DNA of 64,000 nucleotides from Obrimoposthia wandeli. Lineage: Eukaryota. Below are positions 26,755-39,049 of the stretch, one piece after another; position 1 is the first letter of the stretch; each line of letters starts with the position of its first letter. The notes under the pieces are model-generated. The model ran no database searches. It saw nothing but the letters and a program-made list of their open reading frames with translations, and was not told the DNA's origin. A program made the position numbers and the translations under genes. The stretch is taken from the NCBI GenBank assembly GCA_977020255.1, contig CDROCS010000434.1, forward strand, positions 372,001 through 436,000, given 5' to 3'.

Positions 26755-29467
26755 AGCCTATTCATCATGATTCAAGGATTTATGACCAAATGTGATGGAA
26801 GTTTAAAACATATGGAAGATTACTGAAGGATGTATAATGTTATAGAAATTATTAATAAATATAGATGTTTTATCTTACGAATTTATCTCCTATCCACTTG
26901 GATATCATAATTTCCTGAAAATATCGTTAATTTCTCTATTTTTCTCTTCTTAAACATCTTAACCACCACGAGATGTCTCTCTACTTTAAGCGCAACTCTA
27001 TACTTTTCTTCTTAACCCACAATATTTCCCGATATTAAACCTCTTAACCACCACGTAATTTCTCTCTACTTTAAGCCCAACTCTATTCTTTTCCTTAAAC
27101 ATCTTAACCATCATGTAATTTCCCTTTCCTCTTCATAAACATCTTAACCACCATGAGATTTCTCTCTTCTTAACCCTATAAAAATAATCTATTTTAGTAA
27201 CATTGTATCATCCATTATTATTGGTTAATCTGAGTCTCAAAGATATATTTAAATAAACATGTAAGCTGATTAATAGTAACGTCACCATACCTTTCATGAA
27301 TATACATTTTCTCAAGAAGCCTTTCAATTTCATATATTGATGGGAAAATTACTGATATTACTAAAGAATCGATCAAATACTTACTAAAATCAATTTTATC
27401 ACCTACAAGAAGAAAAATCCAATATTATGATGTCATTTTCCGGAATATCAATGGATCAATGTCTACCCAACTGGATTACAATGGAATATACAAGATCTGA
27501 CCTTGTGGATTAGTGACTCCTGTTTGGAATCTATGGAATTAACAAATAAAGGTACGTATTTTCTCCTTTATATTTATTAATATTTTATAAGAAGTTCGAA
27601 AGTTAAGGATATATTGATGTGAATATTGATATTTATTGAATTAGATGATTTATGAAACGTTAGTAATGAATAGTAATATCTTAATAAAATGGTGAGAAAC
27701 TATGCTATCTTTAGAAATATTAAACCTTACCCTAGATTCAATAATCCCTAGCTACTTGATAAAATATATTAATCAATAAAATACTTATGATGAATTATTG
27801 TTAAGGTTTTATTAGGATTTACAACATGTGTTATGATATAGATGAAATATGTGCATTATCGATTATTTTGGTATAAGATTCTTTGTATGCAAGCTTGTAT
27901 GATAATCAATTTAACTTTCAAAACATCTAAGTCTTCTCCATATTTAACTATATTATCCCGTTTTATACTCTAAATCTCAATGACACATTAGAAAATCATT
28001 ATTCCTATTATCAGCCACTTTATGATGGTTGATGATAGTGAGATTAGATGTTGATAATATTGATAATTTCAGTTTTTCAATAATCAATATGTATGGAAAT
28101 ATATGAATTTATGGCATTTGGTAATTTCTCTGAAAGTTATGGATGAAAGTTTTTGAAAGAAGATTCATGATAGAGATGTTAGAAGACATGGATAGATGTG
28201 TCTCGATTTATTGAGTATTAGATTCATTCTTATAAAATTTCCATTATTTTCCTTTTACAGCCTAACCTGATTATCTAACTCAAAAGTCTTAATATCTTAG
28301 TTTTTACAACAAAATGCTTAAAGTTAAACAACTACAACGTAGAATATTTTAAACAACTGCAACGTAGAATATTTCAATCAATCAACATTGATGTATAAGT
28401 AATGTCAAATTATGAAAGTTATTTAAAAAACATCCATATATGACTGCTTTAATGAAAGAGGTAGGCTTGATATTGGTTTGATTCTATGCTATTCTTTCCT
28501 TAAACCCTAATACTTGTTATATTTTTTCCTCTTAAACCTCTTAACATTCATGAGATTTTCCTAACATCCATGAGTTTATCCTAACTACTACGTTATTTTC
28601 CTTCTTAAACCTCTCAACTACCTTGAGATTTCCCTAACTAGCATTAGATTTTCCTCTCAACTACCATGGGATTATCCTAACATCTACTAGATTATCCTAA
28701 CTTCCACGTTATTTTCCTCCTTAAACCACTCAACTTCCACGAGATTTTTCTAACTACCATGAGATTATACTCTAACTTCCACGTTATTTTCTTTCTTAAA
28801 CCACTGAACTTCCACGTGAGTTCCCTAATTCTCTTCTCGAACCATCTAAATATCGTAAATTTCCTGAACATATCATTAATTTCCTGAATACATCAATACT
28901 TTTAGAACATAATATAGAACATATACTTGTTATTATGATAAACAATATCGATTCGAATTGAAAAAGATAGAGATGTAATGATTAATAATTAGAGTTTTGT
29001 ATATACGTTGTATTTCTTGTAAGTATTCAGACATAAATGCATACACACACCCAATAGTCTCTATATTCTGTTTTTCTTGTTCTGTCAGCTTGTAAATTTT
29101 TGTAAGTATTCACACACACACAATATTACTATAGTCTATTCCCTGCTCAAGCAATCTTCCAACAATTAGAAGGAATTCCAGTGGATTACTATACTCCAAT
29201 TTCTCTCAACTAAGTTTACTATATGTGTTTGCTTGTTCAATCAATCTTCCACCAATCAGAATACACTCCAGTCGATTACTATTCTCCATCCTTCTAAGTA
29301 TGTTTGCTATATTTGCTATACGTTGCCATAAATACCCCGTTGATATTTAGTATCTACTTTAGCTATAATTTTCTAATGATAGTAATACATAACACTTTGT
29401 AAGCATGATAAAATCGATGAATACAAGCTATATTGATAAATTATTACGAATAACCTTAGTAGTCTTA

Positions 29468-29694
29468 TGATATATATATATATATATATATATATATTCC
29501 AAGATTCAATTCTACATTAGAAATATCAATATATTAATTGAGATTTAATATCTATAACCAATAACATGTAGAATATTGATCTATTTTTAATTTCAGTTTA
29601 ACATCTGATATTAAATAGTTTCTTTAGGAAACATTAGATGAGAAGAGAAGATGAAGTTATGAAGAGATAAGATGAAGTGATGCCTACATTTTAG

Positions 29695-29727
<33 letters not shown>
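29468..29727. repeat. Two (TA)n microsatellites (about 29468-29497 and 29698-29727)
   Basis: Direct inspection. Confidence 0.9.
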
Positions 29728-29733
<6 letters not shown>

Positions 29734-30229
29734 ATGATATAGCAAAATCACAAGTACTTGTAACCATAACAAACATATATTTGAATTTGCAGGCATTGAA
29801 ATTGATGCATTAAAACAAATTTTTGATATGATGTACTAAAATCATTATACATGAATAGCTTTACACATGTAATTAGATATCTGGTAATATACATAAGCTT
29901 TATTAAACACATGCATACCTGATTAAGCTTTACATACAAACATACACACACATACATTCATGATTAAGCTTTATTATATGCGTGCAAGGGATGTCATCTG
30001 ATGTTTTTGTTAATCTACTAGTAATCAAATATGCTCACATACATACATACATACAGTTAATTATGTTTCCAAGTGTCAACATCTGTCTAATTATTCACAC
30101 ACATATGTATGAGTGATGTAAACAAATGGAAAACATATTAAATGAAATTTACATAGCTTAGTTTAGGTAAATAAATTTTGTAAATATTTTATTACTTTGT
30201 TTTAAAAGTAATTGATTTTAAAGTAATAA

Positions 30230-31030
30230 AGTTTTGAATAAAATAAATTTTTGAAGAAAATAAGTTTTTGAAGAAAATACTTTTTTGAAGACAATAAGTT
30301 TTTGAAGAAAATACTTTTTTGAAGACAATAAGTTTTTGAAGAAAATACTTTTTTGAAGACAATAAGTTTTTGAAGAAAATAAGTTTTCAGGAAATAAAGT
30401 TTTGATGAAAAAATTTCACAGGCACAAATTTTCATGTACAAAACGTTTTTGGTGAAAATGATGTACAAGTGATTTAAAAACTTTTTAATTTTGACGCCAA
30501 AAAATTTTGAAAGTTAAACAAAATTTTTTGAAAAAATAATTTTTAAACTTTTTGGAAAAAATATATTTTTGAAGGTTTTGGACCCTTGAATGTGCACCCT
30601 CGAAGGTATAATCAAAGTCAGATCAATGCTATTATATATAACTTTGCAAAGTAGAAAAATAAAAAAGTTTGAAGATTTTGAACCCTTAAAGGTTAAGCGT
30701 CGAAGGTCTGACTAAGTTCTAGTCAAGTCCATTATATATAACTTTGAAATGTAGAAAAATAAATTTTTTGAAGGTTTGAACCCTTGAGGATTCCCCCTTG
30801 AAGGTTTTAGATCCTCTGAGAGAACCCTAATCGAATAAGCATATTAAAGAATAAGCTCAAAGTAGCAACTCGAAGAATCAGCAATAAGAAGTACCTTAAA
30901 AGAAGCAACTCAGAGAATTTCCTTAAAAGAAGCAAGTCAAAGAACTTCCTTTAAAGAAGCTACTCAAATAACTTCCTTAAAAGAAGCTACTCAAATAACT
31001 TCCTTAAAGAAGCAGCTCAAATAACCTGCT
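30230..31030. repeat. Cluster of tandem repeats: TTTTTGAAGA(C/A)AAT units, about 105-bp units (30560-30810) and about 27-bp AAAAGAAGCTACTCAAATAACTTCCTT units (30880-31030)
   Basis: Direct inspection; unit sizes approximate. Confidence 0.75.
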
Positions 31031-33169
31031 CAAAGAAGATCCATCAAGAGTGAGTAACCATGTGCTCATAGTCGTTGTCCTGAAAGGCTCATGTCCTCAA
31101 CATGTGAAAGAAAGGAAATAATTCACAAAGCACATTACGTGTACAAATGTTGCAAATAAGAGTAATTATTTGTAATTATTTGTAAATCACACACTCACAC
31201 AGTCACGTGACATTTTCATCACATCTGTGTGAGTGTGTGATTTTCTCTTCCCTACTGTACACTCCAATACAAGGCAGATATTTTCGCTGCCTTGTATTGA
31301 AGTATGTGTGCGGTTAATGCCATCAGTTGATGATGGCAGAATCGCATCACTCTACTGCTGAATTGGATTTAGCTGCTGTATTCAGGTAAATTTTTTATTT
31401 ATATTTATATTTTTATTCTGCTGCTTCCAATCTCGAGTAAGTTTTATTTTTTATTGATTTAATTTCAATATATATGTTTGAAAAACACAATAGAAGAACA
31501 AATATATATTGATTGTTGTCCTTCTATTGTGTTTTTCAAACATTATTTGAATAATCATCAATTTATATTCAATTAATAATACTTTTAGATGATGTGATGT
31601 GATTGGATGTCTATCTTTCATGACATGAGCTCATATTGAGCACATGGGCTCATGAACCTTATGATAACCTTGGGCTCATAGTCAGCACATGAGCTCAAAA
31701 TCTTATAATAATCTTGAGCTCATGGTAAGCACATGGGCTCAAGCGATGAGTAACTTAAAATAGTATAATAAAACAAAGGACATGAGTCATGACCTTGAAA
31801 TTCAGGTGTACTCGGGAGAAATTTGACCTTAACATGACCACATGAGGACACGTGATGAGTCATGTGTACTTTAGGAGAACAAAGGATATGAGTCATCGAT
31901 GAGTCATGTCTTTGTTCGTTGAGTCATCGACGAGTCACCTAAAAAGTAGAACAAACACATTTTGTCCTCAGCAGGGGGCTTTGTTCCAGAAGTGCTACAT
32001 CTACCTACTATCAATTTAATAAAAGCAAAAGATATTTATACTAAATAACGATTTAAATGACATTTATGTAATCAATCCAACAATTTCCCACCTAGAAACA
32101 AATACACTGCTTCAAATGTCTGAAATATAAACGTATTATTAAGTACATAGCGCAATATAGAATTGCAATGGATACAACTAGGCTATTTAAAACGTCAGTA
32201 AAGGTAGAAATAACCGGTTAAGATCCACTTATAAAGGTTCCAATGTTACCAAGTCAAATTAAAGGCGAATTTCTAGAAACTGAATTAAAGGTTTGAGGTC
32301 AAATTACTTGGGTCTGTCTGTATGAACTCAAGTGTATGGTGCTTATTCAAAATACAGAGGTAAATACGAATTATTGCCGTGCTGTCTTGCGATTAGTGTC
32401 GCAAGCTCAGAATTGATCTACTAAGCTGGGGAAGAAAAATCAGAATCATCAATGACCTTGACGAGGTTACAAGTAGACGGTCGTCTAAGCTGATGTGCCT
32501 TCTATTTCTTATCATTATCAGCAAATATCGGCGTCATTCACGCTCATTGCGCTCTAATCGCATCACTGACCCCTGCAAACTGGAAAATCCAATTTTTCCC
32601 CCAACCCAGGGAATTTTTTCACCCAGCTGTCTGAATATAAAACATTTCGAGGGAATTTTCGATTTTTGTTTTAAGGATAGGCTTTTCCTGACTATCGCAA
32701 ATGTAGACTACTAATATAAGCGATTTCATACAGTCAATGGTAATACAGTTAAATGTGAGGTAAGATAACATCAAATAGCATACTTCTATCTCGCGCCATA
32801 TTGATGATCTGATGATCACACATTATTCAAAGTCCATTAAAATACATGAACTTGATGGCACGCAATTTATTGTAGCTTGAATTTGATGTCATAGAAACTC
32901 TTCGTCGTGTTTTGCTATGAAATCACTAAAAATCGCCTTTTATGCTTACTGATCCGGTGATTAAATCTCCAGACCGGATGTGAGGATAATTGATCGGTAT
33001 TGAGATTTTATAAAATTGTCAAGTGCGGTTAAATTATTTTCATTTTGACTCTATTAAAATTGCTCAATTTTCTCCCTCGATTTCTTATAACTAAAGCATG
33101 ACAAAAATTTATAATGATCGACTGATAAGTATAGAATGATTAAAATGTAAATAAACAATGAAACAATGA

Positions 33170-33600
33170 TGTGTATTTGTTTTCTAGTGAAATATGGTCA
33201 TAGAAAGGTACGTATATACAAGTTCAGATTTACAATAGAATTACATTCATCACAAGCAAATCTACGGTTGGAAAGGTCTGTGCATGAAGTCATCCGTTCA
33301 ATTCGTTTTCGGCATCCATTGAGGAACGTCGACGCCGGGAAATTACATCTTCCGATTGGTAATTTTCCGGAAAATTGATATCTTTGCCCAAAATTGATCA
33401 GGTTCACTTTTGGATTCATTGATATGGTTAGCTACTATTCTTTGTTCTCTTTTGCATTGACTATTGAACCAATTTCCCATTGTATTAATTTCATTCTGAT
33501 GTTTTATTTTGATGTGTGCAAATCTATCGAATGCATCCAAAAATAAAATTTTGAAATTTTCTGAAAGTATTTCTTTAGCAAGCATTTTAATTTTTTTATA
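33170..33600 (-). mobile_element. Possible decayed hAT-type transposase C-terminus
   Basis: EPDQFWAKIS followed by a weak FP...CNSIVNL resembles the hAT dimerisation region; weak match. Confidence 0.3.
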
Positions 33601-33769
33601 ACTTTATTTAATGTAAGACTTCTTGGTACCGTCAATGCTACAGGAAATTCTAGTGAAATTCGTTTTAGTAAACAATGCAGTTTTTAGTTTCGAATCTTTG
33701 GATAATTTTTTCCTTTTTTTCGACATTTAAGAGAAGACTGTAAATAGTGAGACTTGCTGAAACATTCTA

Positions 33770-34140
33770 CATAACAAAGTTGGGCCCTTCGTTTCACGCA
33801 GATGTGGCTAGTCAATGATATACCTTCATTTTTCGTTGGAAGCAAGGCTGCTTTTGAATGATAACCTCGGTACGCGATGGATCGTTCGATGGGGTGCTGG
33901 AGAGTGGCCAGCTAGGTCACCTGATCTGAATGTATGTGGATATTTTACTTGGTAATATTTGAGAGATCAGGTGCATATCCCGGAATGAATTTTTTTCTAA
34001 CTATCAGGCTTTAAAGGTGAAGATCATTCTTGACCTTTGAAGCATACCCTCTGATATGTTTAATGCTGCCTTTTAATTGTTTCCATAACGAGTTGGTCTA
34101 TGTATGGAAAACAATAGTTTCCACTTTGAATAATTGTAAA
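33770..34140 (+). mobile_element. Decayed Tc1/mariner-superfamily transposase C-terminal fragment
   Basis: LNDNLGTRWIVRWGAGEWPARSPDLNVCGYFTW*YLRDQV. Confidence 0.8.
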
Positions 34141-34369
34141 TACGTCTTTTTTTACATTATTAGTGTTCTCTTTAATGTTCTTTTGTGAATATAAAGATGT
34201 TTTAAATAATATTTGAAAAACCCTTTGAAAAACCCTTTTTTATGTTTATTTTACATTTTGTAGCTTTGCTATATTATTGTAAATATTATTCTACTTGAAA
34301 TTCAGCTCTTTGTATGTATTAGAAGAAAAAAAATGTTTACATATTTCATAATATTTTCATGTGATACAA

Positions 34370-34760
34370 TCAATATGGAGTTTACAAGAGAAGAGCTACG
34401 ACAAATATTATAATTTATTTGATGTTGAGGTAGTCAACAAAATGAAACATCTAGTAAGATGCACAGTAAATATATGAACCTGTCAACAATATATGAGGAA
34501 TTTTAAAGAATGTATATGCATTGCTGAGGATACAGACAGTGGTGGTTAACCTTCCTTCGATTTAACGGATATCAGCAAATTGATGATAGTGAAAAATAGT
34601 AAATGGTATCTTGTAAAATTGCCGAAGAATTAAATGTGTGCACAACTATCTACAATACTTTGCATAAAATATCTGACGAATTACTCAATTCATACCACAC
34701 GAACGATTATCTTATGAAGTTAGTGACAGTGGACGAAACATGAACTTATTGGAAAAGTGA
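34370..34760 (+). mobile_element. Decayed mariner fragment
   Basis: FTREELRQIL.. N-terminus, SCKIAEELNV helix-turn-helix region and KLVTVDET* (cf. IVTGDETW). Confidence 0.55.
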
Positions 34761-35824
34761 TTGTCATACATCTTATCACACAGAATTTGGTGTTATCTGA
34801 ATTATCTGAAGATTCAAAACAAAAACGACATTTTCTACTGAAACGATATAGTTTTTATACGATATATACTAGGAGTCAAACAACACGTCAGACGAAAATG
34901 ATTAGTCAAATGTTGCGGATTTTTTCAAAATTTTTCGTTTCGATCTTTCAACGCGACACAAGAACGGTCTAAAAATAGGTCTTTTTTTTCAATCTCACTT
35001 TAAGCTCGGGGGAAATGTTTCACAGAAAATCCGAAATTCTGACGTCCTTCATTTAGCTTTTTATTTCCAAAAAATCGGTGGACCAAATTTGTAGGCTGGG
35101 TGGGGCTCAAAAGTTAACAAAAATGGAATTTTCTTGACTTTTTCGGTTAAAATGCATAAAGTGATAGACAAAGTTGTTCGAACATAATGACAATGACTTT
35201 AAGAAAGGTAGCTAACTTTACTGACTATAACATGGTGAAATTTTTTTTCAAAAATGAGCAAAATTCACATACTTATTCAAGTTATTCAGTTGATATTTTG
35301 GTTTTTCGAAACTATCAATCTTCCACTGCCAAGGAGTTTTATATTAAGTAATTGAGCACTGAGAAGAAAATAGATTTTAGTCCTTTTGGATAGCTCCTAT
35401 CTGCTAGATCAAAGCCTTAAATTAAATAATTCAGATTTATCGTTGTTTCAAATGTATAAGAAAATGTAAAGAGTAATAGATTTGTTTGCACCTATAGTTA
35501 TAAAAGAAACAAAAATGTATGCTGAAGAAACTTTCACAAATTTTTCAATGCTTCACACTTGAAATTTTAATTTATATATAAACTTGATTGATATTTCAAC
35601 TCCGATAACTAAAATGCTAACATAAGTAATTATTGCACCAAGGCTTGATTATCAATAAATTCGTTTATAAAACATTTTAAACCAAGCCTTGAGAATTATA
35701 TTCAAATTAAAGCAAAAATTCTAGTACAAGGGAAAATTTAACGAAGCTTCATTGGCTAAAATTGAATTCAAAATCCTACTTATGATCAAAAAATGCATTC
35801 TCTTATAAAAATCGAAATAAATAT

Positions 35825-36000
35825 CATCTTCTCGAGCCTGGTGCAGTGACCATGTATACGAATATAACTGCAAAGAGGTCAAGACATTCTTAAGTAACAA
35901 ACAGCGTTAGAATAATTGAATTCTATGCTCCGAATCTTTACAACATTTAAGGTAAGAAACTGTGACAATGTTGCGAAATTCAAGAAGCAGCTGAATAATT
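35825..36000 (+). mobile_element. 3' fragment of a CR1/L2-like LINE; related copies at about 63085-63240 and 63964-64000
   Basis: Shared TCTTCT(C/T)GA..C.GGTGCAGTGA and ACAATGTTG..AAATTCAAGAAGCAGCTGAA (CDNVAKFKKQL-like end of ORF2). Confidence 0.5.
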
Positions 36001-36209
36001 AAATATTATGAAAAAAATGAAACACATGAAGCGATTTTCAATAATAGATCAGAAATTTATTCGATATTAACGCTATATATTAAATATATTAAGGTTAGTG
36101 TTGTTATTATGAAACTGACGCTTTATTAAATATGTTATAGTAGAACTTTTTTTTAAATCTATGATAAACATTTATAAGTATGTAATGATCCGACGATTTC
36201 ACTGTACAG

Positions 36210-36470
36210 GAAATTGCTTCTGAAGGTGAGCGCAACGCCTCTGTGGCTCTCAAAGAGGCGAGCCTGTTGCTGAACAACTCTTCCACTGCGATTCAGTTAC
36301 GCTACCTTCAGACGCTGGTCAACGTATCGAGTGAGAGGACATCCACAATAATCTTCCCTCTGCCGATAGGCCTCATGGAGATGCTCATGCAGTCAAAGAG
36401 GACTCCAGTAACCGCAAAGAAAACTGCTACACCAATTCCTGAGTTCGACAAATCGAGAGACAGTAAGTGA
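36210..36470 (+). CDS. STOM-like: Stomatin/band-7 family gene, terminal coding exon
   Basis: gtacag|GAA ATT GCT...TAA encodes EIASEGERNASVALKEASLLLNNSSTAIQLRYLQTLVNVSSERTSTIIFPLPI..., the canonical stomatin C-terminus (LQLRYLQTL..STIIFPLP). Confidence 0.95.
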   Translation, partial: EIASEGERNASVALKEASLLLNNSSTAIQLRYLQTLVNVSSERTSTIIFPLPIGLMEMLMQSKRTPVTAKKTATPIPEFDKSRDSK

Positions 36471-38327
36471 AATTGAAGATATTCTTGAATTTGCTTGTTC
36501 ATTTCTGTTTTGTTCGACAAACAGTATTCTCAGTATTATATTCATAGTCAGTTCATTGACAATGACTCTACACAACTTAATATAATTTTTGGAAATTCTG
36601 ATAATTGACATTTTGCTTCTGTGATCCCTAATTGACTTTGGACCATAAGATTTAATTGATGTTGCTTAACTATTCGAATCTCTTAAATAATCTGATATTG
36701 TCGAATGATGTCTGTTGAGCTTTATGCAAATGCTTTACGAACTTTGTACACATATTTATAAGAATATTCATTTCTTATCATCAATTAAAAATGTATTATT
36801 TTGAAGAAACATCTTGTCTAAAAAACATATACAAATTTCATACTCATAACAAAGTCACTTTTGAAAATTTTATAAAACTGTCTATACAGTTTTGAAACTT
36901 TACAATTACGACAAAAAATTAAAATTATTAAAAAAGTAAATATAATTGATTTTTTTAAATCAATATTTAGAATTAATAATGCATATAAATTATAACGAAA
37001 GTTATAACGTTATAAAAGAAAATACAAGAGTTATTTATATTTTTTTGTGCTTATATAGTTTTTCAACATGGTATATAATTTATATTTATGTAGTCACAAT
37101 CTGTTTAAGTTTATTTTTTCTATAAATATGCTTATTATATTTCTATATTTTGTACTTCAAAATAATTCAAAATAATTAATATTAATAACTTTAGGTTAAT
37201 TTGTATGAAACCATTATCATGACTTATTTATTAATATAACCTAAATGCAAAAGTGTCGAAAAAGAATTCTTTCAAAACCAGTTTCAATTAAAATTTTAAC
37301 CATTCAAAGCATTTTAACAATATTAATTCTATGCTTTTTTTGAAGTTTTTACAGTTATTTAACAGTAAAGAATGATAAATTTGATATCTTATAAATATTT
37401 GCTTTTTGTCAAAAATTGGATATTTTTACATCCAGAGTTTCCCAGATGGGATTATTCCTTATACTAGTAACATATACTATAAATCTATTGATAGCTTAAT
37501 TTTCATGGTTACGTTTATTATTAGCTAATTTTATTCTATGATATCTTAGAGGTTCATGATTAATAATTGATTGAAGTTTTTCTATAGTGATATTCAATTT
37601 TTATTTTCACAATATTGTTTTCTGCAATTATTTAAGCTAAAACACAAAAATAGTACATGTAATTTTTTTTATTCTAACAGTAGTTAAAAATGACAACAGT
37701 GCAGTAACTTTTTAAAGAATTCAGGGGTGAAAACTGACCGAATTCAGCAAGACAAGAAATTTCAAAACGACCTCGGATTTCAAGAACATTGAAGAAACAC
37801 ATCTCTTCATTAAGTTCATTTCATTTGAGTTCTAAAGTGAAATGGCCGTGATATTAGGTCCTGTATGCTGCACATTTTGAAGCAATATCCTGGAAAGAAG
37901 TTGGAGGATGGTATGACTCAGTTTCTTCTGCGTGATGTCAAGGGAACGATCAGAGAGATAGATAAAAGTTGCTCTATCCTAGATCTCTACATCCACGACA
38001 GACTGGGAGCATGGGTTGATTCTATTGGAGATCGTCCGTCTGCGTTAAATCATCTCTGATTTCAAATTTCACACCATCGTTGCAATTAACTATCAAAGAG
38101 ACTCAATTTTGCTACAATACATTCAATTCTTGCCTAACTGATAACGTCATTAAACAGTAATACGCGATGATTATCTACCTACAGTAGGTGGATGTGTCCG
38201 GTCTAATCCACACCCCCTCCCCCCTGTCCTTTAAAACCGTGCATGTGTGGAGTGAAATTTCGTGTAGGTGTGTGGAGTGAAATTTCACTCCACACACATG
38301 CATGGTTTTAAAGGACAGGGGGCCTCG

Positions 38328-38840
38328 GGCTCGAGACTGGTGTATATCACAGACTTCCTTGGGTGATGGGCGAAAGGCTCGGAACTGGTGTATATCACAG
38401 ACTTCCTTGGGTGATGGGCGAAAGTCTCGGGACTGGTGTATATCACAGACTTCCTTGGGTGATGGGCGAAAGTCTCGGGACTGGTGTATATCACAGACTT
38501 CCTTGGGTGATGGGTGAAAGGCTCGAGACTGGTGTATATCACAGACTTCCTTGGGTGATGGGCGAAAGGCTCGGAACTGGTGTATATCACAGACTTCCTT
38601 GGGTGATGGGCGAAAGTCTCGGGACTGGTGTATATCACAGACTTCCTTGGGTGATGGGCGAAAGTCTCGGGACTGGTGTATATCACAGACTTCCTTGGGT
38701 GATGGGTGAAAGGCTCGAGACTGGTGTATATCACAGACTTCCTTGGGTGATGGGCGAAAGGCTCGGGACTGGTGTATATCAAAGACTTCCTTGGGTGATG
38801 GGCGAAAGGCTAGGGACTGGTGTATATCACAGACTTCCTT
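38328..38840. repeat. 48-bp tandem array (about 11 units) next to the left TIR
   Basis: CTGGTGTATATCA recurs every 48 bp from 38337 to 38817; variants repeat with a 4-unit (192-bp) period. Confidence 0.95.
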
Positions 38841-39049
38841 CGCAATACATTGACTTACATAGTCAAGACTCATCGGTGGTGAGTGAATGAGAAGCAGCAG
38901 CAAGAGCGGACCTGTTGGAAGAAGAAGCCTCATTGGCCAGCTCAACTCCAAGAGAACAACTAATGGACGTGAGAGGCGGGGTACAGAGATCCCAATATAT
39001 TGACCTGGCAAGTCAGGATTCGATGGAGAATTGGGGAGACTGTACTAAT

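Larger units (their letters stand above)
25168..32009. mobile_element. 6842-bp non-autonomous Polinton/Maverick-like element inside a stomatin intron
   Basis: Termini AGTAGGT.../...ACCTACT; TIRs about 25168-26027 and 31357-32009; identical 6-bp flanks ATCAAT at 25162-25167 and 32010-32015. 5'-AG ends with a 6-bp TSD are established Polinton hallmarks; no core genes recognised inside. Confidence 0.85.

Noticed and set aside
30202-30468. 88-aa minus-strand ORF
   Set aside because: Produced by the low-complexity TTTTTGAAGA repeat.
37865-38059. 64-aa ORF beside the Polinton left end
   Set aside because: Outside the TSD, no recognisable motif.
38328-38840. Regular repeat array resembling CRISPR
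   Set aside because: Units are contiguous with no unique spacers, the DNA is eukaryotic and there are no cas genes.
38175-39011. Long ORFs on both strands (278, 165, 175 aa) with 16-aa periodicity
   Set aside because: They are translations of the 48-bp subterminal array, whose unit length is a multiple of 3; open in several frames and strands.
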